A stretch of 64,000 bases of DNA, from NCBI RefSeq assembly GCF_964355755.1, contig NC_092675.1:14170912-14234911 (forward strand). The letters are read 5' to 3'. This DNA is from Antedon mediterranea (Eukaryota; Animalia; Echinodermata). The notes beneath the pieces were generated by a model. That model did no database searches. It was not told where the DNA came from and saw only the letters and a list, made by a program, of their open reading frames with translations. Position 1 is the stretch's first letter. Each line of letters starts with the position of its first letter. The translations under genes were made by a program, and so were the position numbers. This document shows positions 52,742 to 64,000 of the stretch, piece after piece.

Positions 52742-55700
52742 TTAAAAACGTTTTAGACCATTTTGAGCATTTCGACAAAACTTTTTCACACAAAACACCA
52801 AAGTGCTTAGAATAGCTTCAAATCGCATTTGGAGACGTTTTAGACCATTTTGTGATTTTCGAAAAAAAATGTTAACATAAAAACACCAAAGTGCTTAGAA
52901 TCACATTATAAACCGTTTTAGACCATTTTGAGCATTTCGATAACAATTTTCACACAAAAACATCAAAGAGCACAAAATAGCTTAATATCGTATTTAAAAA
53001 TGTTTTAGACCATTTTGAGCATTTAGATAAAACTTTTTCACACAAAACACCAAAGTGCTTAGAATAGCTTCAAATCGCATTTGGAGACGTTTTAGACCAT
53101 TTTGTGCATTTCGATGAAACTTGGTTACACAAAAACATCAAAGTGCTTAAAATCACATTATAAATCGTTTTAGACCATTTTGAGCATTTCGATAAAACTT
53201 TTTCACACAAAACACCAAAGTGCTTAGAATAGCTTCAAATCGCATTTGGAGACGTTTTAGACCATTTTGTGATTTTTGAAAAAACTTGTTAACATAAAAA
53301 CACCAAAGTGCTTAGAATAGCTTCAAATCGCATTTGGAGACGTTTTAGACCATTTTGTGATTTTCGAAAAAAGTTTTTAACATAAAAACATCAAAGTGTA
53401 CAGAATAGCTTCAAATCGCATTTGGAGACGTTTTAGACCAATTTGTGATTTTCGAAAAAACTTATTAACATAAAAATACCAAAGTGTTTAGAATAGCTTA
53501 AAATCGCATTTGGAGACGTTTTAGACCATTTTGTGATTTTCGAAAAAACTTTTTAACATAAAAACACCAAAGTGCTTAGAATATCTTCAAATCGCATTTG
53601 GAGACGTTTTAGACCATTTTGTGATTTTTGAAAAAACTTGTTAACATAAAAACACCAAAGTGCTTAGAATAGCTTCAAATCGTATTTGGAGACTTTTTAG
53701 ACCATTTTGTGATTTTCGAAAAAACTTGTTAACATAAAAACACCAAAGTGCTTAGAATTGCTTCAAATCGCATTTGGAGACGTTTTAGACCATTTTGTGC
53801 ATTTCGATGAAACTTGGTTACACAAAAACATCAAAGTGCTTAAAATCACATTATAAACCATTTTAGACCATTTTGAGCATTTCGATAACACTTTTCACAC
53901 AAAAACATCAAAGAGCACAAAATAGCTTAATATCGTATTTAAAAACGTTTTAGACCATTTTGAGCATTTCGACAAAACTTTTTCACACAAAACACCAAAG
54001 TGCTTAGAATAGCTTCAAATCGCATTTGGAGACGTTTTAGACCATTTTGTGATTTTCGAAAAAACTTGTTAACATAAAAACATCAAAGTGTACAGAATAA
54101 CTTCAAATCGCATTTGGAGACCGTTTTAGGCCAATTTGTGATTTTCGAAAAAACTTGTTAACCTAAAAATACCAAAGTGTTTAGAATAGCTTCAAATCGC
54201 ATTTGGAGACGTTTTAGACCATTTTGTGATTTTCGAAAAAACTTGTTAACATAAAAACACCAAAGTGCTTAGAATAGCTTCAAATCGCATTTGGAGACAT
54301 TTTAGACCAATTTGTGATTTTTGAAAAAACTTGTTAACATAAAAACACCAAAGTGCTTACAATCGCTTCAAATCGTATTTGGAGACGTTTTAGACCATTT
54401 TGTGATTTTCGAAAAAACTTGTTAACATAAAAACACCAAAGTACTTAGAATAGCTTCAAATCGCATTTGGAGACGTTTTAGACCATTTTGTGCATTTCGA
54501 TGAAACTTGGTTACACAAAAACATCAAAGTGCTCAAAATCACATTATAAACCGTTTTAGACCATTTGAGCATTTCGATAACACTTTTCACACAAAAACAT
54601 CAAAGAGCACAAAATAGCTTAATATCGTATTTAAAAACGTTTTAGACCATTTTGAGCATTTCGACAAAACTTTTTCACACAAAACACCAAAGTGCTTAGA
54701 ATAGCTTCAAATCGCATTTGGAGACGTTTTAGACCAATTTGTGCATTTCAATGAAACTTGGTTACACAAAAACATCAAAGTGCTTAAAATCACATTATAA
54801 ATCGTTTTAGACCATTTTGAGCATTTTGATAACACTTTTCACACAAAAACATCAAAGAGCACAAAATAGCTTAATATCGTATTTAAAAACGTTTTAGACC
54901 ATTTTGAGCATTTCGACAAAACTTGTTAACATAAAAACACCAAAGTGCTTAGAATAGCGTCAAATCGTATTTGGAGACGTTTTAGACCATTTTGTGATTT
55001 TCGAAAAAACTTGTTAACATAAAAACACCAAAGTGCTTAGAATAGCTTCAAATCGCATTTGGAGACGTTTTAGACCATTTTGTGCATTTAGATGAAACTT
55101 GGTTACACAAAAACATCAAAGTGCTTAAAATCACACTATAAATCGTTTTAGACCATTTTGTTCATTTCGACAAAACTTTTTCACACAAAATACCAAAGTG
55201 CTTAGAATAGCTTCAAATCGCATTTGGAGACGTTTTAGACCATTTTGTGATTTTCGAAAAAACTTTTTAACATAAAAACACCAAAGTGCTTAGAATAGCT
55301 TCAAATCACATTTGGAGACGTTTTAGACCATTTTGTGATTTTCGAAAAAACTTGTTAACATAAAAACACGAAAGTGCTTAGAATAGCTTCAAATCGCATT
55401 TGGAAGCGTTTTAGACCATTTTGTGATTTTCGAAAAAAATTGTTAACATAAAAACACCAAAGTGCTTAGAATCACATTATAAACCGTTTTAGACCATTTT
55501 GAGCATTTCGATAACAATTTTCACACAAAAACATCAAAGAGCACAAAATAGCTTAATATCGTATTTAAAAATGTTTTAGACCATTTTGAGCATTTAGAAA
55601 AAACTTTTTCACACAAAACACCAAAGTGCTTAGAATAGCTTCAAATCGTATTTGGAGACGTTTTAGACCATTTTGGGATTTTCGAAAAAACTTGTTAACA

Positions 55701-58700
55701 TAAAAACACCAAAGTGCTTAGAATAGCGTCAAATCGTATTTGGAGACGTTTTAGACCATTTTGTGATTTTCGAAAAAACTTGTTAACATAAAAACACCAA
55801 AGTGCTTAGAATAGCTTCAAATCGCATTTGGAGACGTTTTAGACCATTTTGTGCATTTCGATGAAACTTGGTTACACAAAAACATCAAAGTGCTTAAAAT
55901 CACATTATAAATCGTTTTAGACCATTTTGAGCATTTGGATAAAACTTTTTCACACAAAACACCAAAGTGCTTAGAATAGCTTCAAATCGCATTTGGAGAC
56001 GTTTTAGACCATTTTGTGATTTTTCAAAAAACTTGTTAACATAAAAACACCAAAGTGCTTAGAATAGCTTCAAATCGCATTTGGAGACGTTTTAGACCAT
56101 TTTGTGATTTTCGAAAAAACTTTTTAACATAAAAACATCAAAGTGTACAGAATAGCTTCAAATCGCATTTGGAAACGTTTTAGACCATTTTGTGATTTTC
56201 GAAAAAACTTGTTAACATAAAAACACCAAAGTGCTTAGAATAGCTTCAAATCGCATTTGGAAACGTTTTAGACCATTTTGTGATTTTCGAAAAAAATTGT
56301 TAACATAAAAACACCAAAGTGCTTAGAATCACATTATAAACCGTTTTAGACCATTTTGATCATTTCGATAACAATTTTCACACAAAAACATCAAAGAGCA
56401 CAAAATAGCTTAATATCGTATTTAAAAATGTTTTAGACCATTTTGAGAATTAGATAAAACTTTTTCACACAAAACACCAAAGTGCTTAGAATAGCTTCAA
56501 ATCGCATTTGGAGACGTTTTAGACCATTTTGTGATTTTTGAAAAAACTTGTTAACATAAAAACACCAAAGTGCTTAGAATAGCTTCAAATCGCATTTGGA
56601 GACGTTTTAGACCATTTTGTGATTTTCGAAAAAACTTGTTAACATAAAAACACCAAAGTGCTTAGAATAGCTTCAAATCGTATTTGGAGACGTTTTAGAC
56701 CATTTTGAGATTTTCGAAAAAACTTGGTTACACAAAAACATCAAAGTGCTTAAAATCACATTATAAACCGTTTTAGACCATTTTGAGCATTTCGATAACA
56801 CTTTTCACACAAAAACCTCAAAGAGCACAAAATAGCTTAATATCGTATTTAAAAACGTTTTAGACCATTTTGAGCATTTCGACAAAACTTTTTCACACAA
56901 AACACCAAAGTGCTTAGAATAGCTTCAAATCGCATTTGGAGACGTTTTAGACCAATTTGTGCATTTCGATGAAACTTGATTACACAAAAACATCAAAGTG
57001 CTTAAAATCACATTATAAACCGTTTTAGACCATTTTGAGCATTTCGATAACACTTTTCACACAAAAACATCAAAGAGCACAAAATAGCTTAATATCGTAT
57101 TTAAAAACGTTTTAGACCATTTTGAGCATTTAGACAAAACTTTTTCACACAAAACACCAAAGTGCTTAGAATAGCTTCAAATCGCATTTGGAGACGTTTT
57201 AGAACATTTTGTGTTTTTCGAAAAAAACTGTTAACATAAAAACACCAAAGTGCTTAGAATAGCTTCTAATCGCATTTGGAGACGTTTTAGACCATTTTGT
57301 GATTTTCGAAAAAACTTTTTAACATAAAAACATCAAAGTGTACAGAATAGCTTCAAATCGCATTTGGAAACGTTTTAGACCATTTTGTGATTTTCGAAAA
57401 AACTTGTTAACATAAAAACACCAAAGTGCTTAGAATAGCTTCAAATCGCATTTGGAAACGTTTTAGACCATTTTGTGATTTTCGAAAAAAATTGTTAACA
57501 TAAAAACACCAAAGTGCTTAGAATCACATTATAAACCGTTTTAGACCATTTTGATCATTTCGATAACAATTTTCACACAAAAACATCAAAGAGCACAAAA
57601 TAGCTTAATATCGTATTTAAAAATGTTTTAGACCATTTTGAGAATTAGATAAAACTTTTTCACACAAAACACCAAAGTGCTTAGAATAGCTTCAAATCGC
57701 ATTTGGAGACGTTTTAGACCATTTTGTGATTTTTGAAAAAACTTGTTAACATAAAAACACCAAAGTGCTTAGAATAGCTTCAAATCGCATTTGGAGACGT
57801 TTTAGACCATTTTGTGATTTTCGAAAAAACTTGTTAACATAAAAACACCAAAGTGCTTAGAATAGCTTCAAATCGTATTTGGAGACGTTTTAGACCATTT
57901 TGAGATTTTCGAAAAAACTTGGTTACACAAAAACATCAAAGTGCTTAAAATCACATTATAAACCGTTATAGACCATTTTGAGCATTTCGATAACACTTTT
58001 CACACAAAAACCTCAAAGAGCACAAAATAGCTTAATATCGTATTTAAAAACGTTTTAGACCATTTTGAGCATTTCGACAAAACTTTTTCACACAAAACAC
58101 CAAAGTGCTTAGAATAGCTTCAAATCGCATTTGGAGACGTTTTAGACCAATTTGTGCATTTCGATGAAACTTGATTACACAAAAACATCAAAGTGCTTAA
58201 AATCACATTATAAACCGTTTTAGACCATTTTGAGCATTTCGATAACACTTTTCACACAAAAACATCAAAGAGCACAAAATAGCTTAATATCGTATTTAAA
58301 AACGTTTTAGACCATTTTGAGCATTTAGACAAAACTTTTTCACACAAAACACCAAAGTGCTTAGAATAGCTTCAAATCGCATTTGGAGACGTTTTAGACC
58401 AATTTGTGCATTTCGATGAAACTTGATTACACAAAAACATCAAAGTGCTTAAAATCACATTATAAACCGTTTTAGACCATTTTGAGCATTTCGATAACAC
58501 TTTTCACACAAAAACATCAAAGAGCACAAAATAGCTTAATATCGTATTTAAAAACGTTTTAGACCATTTTGAGCATTTAGACAAAACTTTTTCACACAAA
58601 ACACCAAAGTGCTTAGAATAGCTTCAAATCGCATTTGGAGACGTTTTAGAACATTTTGTGTTTTTCGAAAAAAACTGTTAACATAAAAACACCAAAGTGC

Positions 58701-61700
58701 TTAGAATAGCTTCTAATCGCATTTGGAGACGTTTTAGACCATTTTGTGATTTTCGAAAAAACTTTTTAACATAAAAACATCAAAGTGTACAGAATAGCTT
58801 CAAATCGCATTTGGAAACGTTTTAGACCATTTTGTGATTTTCGAAAAAACTTGTTAACATAAAAACACCAAAGTGCTTAGAATAGCTTCAAATCGCATTT
58901 GGAAACGTTTTAGACCATTTTGTGATTTTCGAAAAAAATTGTTAACATAAAAACACCAAAGTGCTTAGAATCACATTATAAACCGTTTTAGACCATTTTG
59001 ATCATTTCGATAACAATTTTCACACAAAAACATCAAAGAGCACAAAATAGCTTAATATCGTATTTAAAAATGTTTTAGACCATTTTGAGAATTAGATAAA
59101 ACTTTTTCACACAAAACACCAAAGTGCTTAGAATAGCTTCAAATCGCATTTGGAGACGTTTTAGACCATTTTGTGATTTTTGAAAAAACTTGTTAACATA
59201 AAAACACCAAAGTGCTTAGAATAGCTTCAAATCGCATTTGGAGACGTTTTAGACCATTTTGTGATTTTCGAAAAAACTTGTTAACATAAAAACACCAAAG
59301 TGCTTAGAATAGCTTCAAATCGTATTTGGAGACGTTTTAGACCATTTTGAGATTTTCGAAAAAACTTGGTTACACAAAAACATCAAAGTGCTTAAAATCA
59401 CATTATAAACCGTTATAGACCATTTTGAGCATTTCGATAACACTTTTCACACAAAAACCTCAAAGAGCACAAAATAGCTTAATATCGTATTTAAAAACGT
59501 TTTAGACCATTTTGAGCATTTCGACAAAACTTTTTCACACAAAACACCAAAGTGCTTAGAATAGCTTCAAATCGCATTTGGAGACGTTTTAGACCAATTT
59601 GTGCATTTCGATGAAACTTGATTACACAAAAACATCAAAGTGCTTAAAATCACATTATAAACCGTTTTAGACCATTTTGAGCATTTCGATAACACTTTTC
59701 ACACAAAAACATCAAAGAGCACAAAATAGCTTAATATCGTATTTAAAAACGTTTTAGACCATTTTGAGCATTTAGACAAAACTTTTTCACACAAAACACC
59801 AAAGTGCTTAGAATAGCTTCAAATCGCATTTGGAGACGTTTTAGAACATTTTGTGTTTTTCGAAAAAAACTGTTAACATAAAAACACCAAAGTGCTTAGA
59901 ATAGCTTCAAATCGCATTTGGAGACGTTTTAGAACATTTTGTGTTTTTCGAAAAAACCTGTTAACATAAAAACACCAAAGTGCTTAGAATAGCTTCAAAT
60001 CGCATTTGGAGACGTTTTAGACCATTTTGTGATTTTTGAAAAAACTTGTTAACATAAAAACACCAAAGTGCTTAGAATAGCTTCAAATCACATTTGGAGA
60101 CGTTTTAGACCATTTTGTGATTTTCGAAAAAACTTGTTAACATAAAAACACCAAAGTGCTTAGAATAGCTTCAACTCGCATTTGGAGACGTTTTAGACCA
60201 TTTTGTGCATTTCGATGAAACTTGGTTACACAAAAATATCAAAGTGCTTAAAATCACATTATAAATCGTTTTAGACCATTTTGAGCATTTTGATAAAACT
60301 TTTTCACACAAAACACCAAAGTGCTTAGAATAGCTTCAAATCGCATTTGGAGACGTTTTAGACCATTTTGTGATTTTTGAAAAAACTTGTTAACATAAAA
60401 ACACCAAAGTGCTTAGAATAGCTTCAAATCACATTTGGAGACGTTTTAGACCATTTTGTGATTTTTGAAAAAACTTGTTAACATAAAAACACGAAAGTGC
60501 TTAGAATAGCTTCAAATCACATTTGGAGACGTTTTAGACCATTTTGTGATTTTCGAAAAAACTTGTTAACATAAAAACACGAAAGTGCTTAGAATAGCTT
60601 CTAATCGCATTTGGAGACGTTTTAGACCATTTTGTGATTTTCGAAAAAACTTTTTAACATAAAAACATCAAAGTGTACAGAATAGCTTCAAATCGCATTT
60701 GGAAACGTTTTAGACCATTTTGTGATTTTCGAAAAAACTTGTTAACATAAAAACACCAAAGTGCTTAGAATAGCTTCAAATCGCATTTGGAAACGTTTTA
60801 GACCATTTTGTGATTTTCGAAAAAAATTGTTAACATAAAAACACCAAAGTGCTTAGAATCACATTATAAACCGTTTTAGACCATTTTGATCATTTCGATA
60901 ACAATTTTCACACAAAAACATCAAAGAGCACAAAATAGCTTAATATCGTATTTAAAAATGTTTTAGACCATTTTGAGAATTAGATAAAACTTTTTCACAC
61001 AAAACACCAAAGTGCTTAGAATAGCTTCAAATCGCATTTGGAGACGTTTTAGACCATTTTGTGATTTTTGAAAAAACTTGTTAACATAAAAACACCAAAG
61101 TGCTTAGAATAGCTTCAAATCGCATTTGGAGACGTTTTAGACCATTTTGTGATTTTCGAAAAAACTTGTTAACATAAAAACACCAAAGTGCTTAGAATAG
61201 CTTCAAATCGTATTTGGAGACGTTTTAGACCATTTTGAGATTTTCGAAAAAACTTGGTTACACAAAAACATCAAAGTGCTTAAAATCACATTATAAACCG
61301 TTATAGACCATTTTGAGCATTTCGATAACACTTTTCACACAAAAACCTCAAAGAGCACAAAATAGCTTAATATCGTATTTAAAAACGTTTTAGACCATTT
61401 TGAGCATTTCGACAAAACTTTTTCACACAAAACACCAAAGTGCTTAGAATAGCTTCAAATCGCATTTGGAGACGTTTTAGACCAATTTGTGCATTTCGAT
61501 GAAACTTGATTACACAAAAACATCAAAGTGCTTAAAATCACATTATAAACCGTTTTAGACCATTTTGAGCATTTCGATAACACTTTTCACACAAAAACAT
61601 CAAAGAGCACAAAATAGCTTAATATCGTATTTAAAAACGTTTTAGACCATTTTGAGCATTTAGACAAAACTTTTTCACACAAAACACCAAAGTGCTTAGA

Positions 61701-64000
61701 ATAGCTTCAAATCGCATTTGGAGACGTTTTAGAACATTTTGTGTTTTTCGAAAAAAACTGTTAACATAAAAACACCAAAGTGCTTAGAATAGCTTCAAAT
61801 CGCATTTGGAGACGTTTTAGAACATTTTGTGTTTTTCGAAAAAACCTGTTAACATAAAAACACCAAAGTGCTTAGAATAGCTTCAAATCGCATTTGGAGA
61901 CGTTTTAGACCATTTTGTGATTTTTGAAAAAACTTGTTAACATAAAAACACCAAAGTGCTTAGAATAGCTTCAAATCACATTTGGAGACGTTTTAGACCA
62001 TTTTGTGATTTTCGAAAAAACTTGTTAACATAAAAACACCAAAGTGCTTAGAATAGCTTCAACTCGCATTTGGAGACGTTTTAGACCATTTTGTGCATTT
62101 CGATGAAACTTGGTTACACAAAAATATCAAAGTGCTTAAAATCACATTATAAATCGTTTTAGACCATTTTGAGCATTTTGATAAAACTTTTTCACACAAA
62201 ACACCAAAGTGCTTAGAATAGCTTCAAATCGCATTTGGAGACGTTTTAGACCATTTTGTGATTTTTGAAAAAACTTGTTAACATAAAAACACCAAAGTGC
62301 TTAGAATAGCTTCAAATCACATTTGGAGACGTTTTAGACCATTTTGTGATTTTTGAAAAAACTTGTTAACATAAAAACACGAAAGTGCTTAGAATAGCTT
62401 CAAATCACATTTGGAGACGTTTTAGACCATTTTGTGATTTTCGAAAAAACTTGTTAACATAAAAACACGAAAGTGCTTAGAATAGCTTCAAATCGCATTT
62501 GGAAACGTTTTAGACCATTTTGTGATTTTTGAAAAAACTTGTTAAAATAAAAACACGAAAGTGCTTAGAATAGCTTCAAATCGCATTTGGAAACGTTTTA
62601 GACCATTTTGTGATTTTCGAAAAAGATTGTTAACATAAAAACACCAAAGTGCTTAGAATCACATTATAAACCGTTTTAGACCATTTTGAGCATTTCGATA
62701 ACAATTTTCACAAAAAAACATCAAAGAGCACAAAATAGCTTAATATCGTATTTAAAAATGTTTTAGACCATTTTGAGAATTTAGATAAAACTTTTTCACA
62801 CAAAACACCAAAGTGCTTAGAATAGCTTCAAATCGCATTTGGAGACGGTTTAGACCATTTTGTGATTTTAAAAAAACTTGTTAACATAAAAACACCAAAG
62901 TGCTTAGAATAGCTTCAAATCGCATTTGGAGACGTTTTAGACCATTTTGTGATTTTCGAAAAAACTTGTTAACATAAAAACACCAAAGTGCTTAGAATAG
63001 CTTCAAATCGTATTTGGAGACGTTTTAGACCATTTTGAGATTTTCGAAAAAACTTGGTTACACAAAAACATCAAAGTGCTTAAAATCACATTATAAACCG
63101 TTTTAGACCATTTTGAGCATTTCGATAACACTTTTCACACAAAAACCTCAAAGAGCACAAAATAGCTTAATATCGTATTTAAAAACGTTTTAGACCATTT
63201 TGAGCATTTCGACAAAACTTTTTCACACAAAACACCAAAGTGCTTAGAATAGCTTCAAATCGCATTTGGAGACGTTTTAGACCAATTTGTGCATTTCAAT
63301 GAAACTTGATTACACAAAAACATCAAAGTGCTTAAAATCACATTATAAACCGTTTTAGACCATTTTGAGCATTTCGATAACACTTTTCACACAAAAACAT
63401 CAAAGAGCACAACATAGCTTAATATCGTATTTAAAAACGTTTTAGACCATTTTGAGCATTTAGACAAAACTTTTTCACACAAAACACCAAAGTGCTTAGA
63501 ATAGCTTCAAATCGCATTTGGAGACGTTTTAGAACATTTTGTGTTTTTCGAAAAAACCTGTTAACATAAAAACACCAAAGTGCTTAGAATAGCTTCAAAT
63601 CGCATTTGGAGACGATTTAGACCATTTTGTGATTTTCGAAAAAACTTGTTAACATAAAAACACCAAAGTGCTTAGAATAGCGTCAAATCGTATTTGGAGA
63701 CGTTTTAGACCATTTTGTGATTTTCGAAAAAACTTGTTAACATAAAAACACCAAAGTGCTTAGAATAGCTTCAAATCACATTTGGAGACGTTTTAGACCA
63801 TTTTGTGCATTTCGATGAAACTTGGTTACACAAAAACATCAAAGTGCTTAAAATCACATTATAAATCGTTTTAGACCATTTTGAGCATTTCGACAAAACT
63901 TTTTCACACAAAATACCAAAGTGCTTAGAATAGCTTCAAATCGCATTTGGAGACGTTTTAGACCATTTTGTGATTTTCGAAAAAACTTTTTAACATAAAA
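52742..64000 (+). repeat. Satellite DNA array, segment 3
   Basis: Resumes exactly in register (TTAAaaacgttttagacc) after the 4.1 kb insertion and runs off the right edge of the window. Confidence 0.98.

Larger units (their letters stand above)
47525..54060 (+). repeat. 1197 bp tandem duplication of satellite; first copy interrupted by the Sola3-like element
   Basis: Private variants recur at a constant offset of 5310 (= 1197 + 4113 for insert plus TSD): gaaaaaaaatg 47551/52861, aagtttttaa 48061/53371, atatcttc 48271/53581 and gactttttag 48381/53691. Confidence 0.92.

Noticed and set aside
1-64000. CRISPR array (recurring GTTTTAGA and TAGAATAGC resemble type II repeats or an sgRNA scaffold)
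   Set aside because: The sequence between motifs is itself repeated, so there are no unique spacers. There are no cas genes, and the context is eukaryotic TEs.
1-64000. Strand inversion or telomeric repeats within the array
   Set aside because: All monomers I read are in the same orientation, and I saw no tandem TTAGG/TTAGGG tracts.

Overview
This is AT-rich eukaryotic (probably invertebrate animal) heterochromatin with no credible protein-coding or RNA gene. About 59 kb is one head-to-tail satellite array, all in one orientation. It is built from three related monomer classes (A ~88 bp, B ~77 bp, C ~87 bp) arranged as An-B-C units that have been re-duplicated in blocks of 0.4-2 kb. Two non-autonomous TTAA-targeting DNA transposons interrupt it. 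(1) An ~850 bp piggyBac-type element (12839-13691) has a damaged left end and two GC-rich palindromes. (2) A 4109 bp element (48633-52741) has a perfect TTAA duplication, GAG..CTC termini and ~0.5 kb patchy inverted repeats, which best fits Sola3. It carries a nested Tc1/mariner-type MITE and a decayed ~200 bp repeat array rich in X-box-like motifs. Both elements sit in the same 16 bp TTAA-TATCGTAT-TTAA motif of C monomers that follow the same rare B variant. The Sola3-like element lies in one copy of a nearly identical 1197 bp tandem duplication whose twin keeps the empty site, which implies very recent mobility. All counts and alignments were done by eye.
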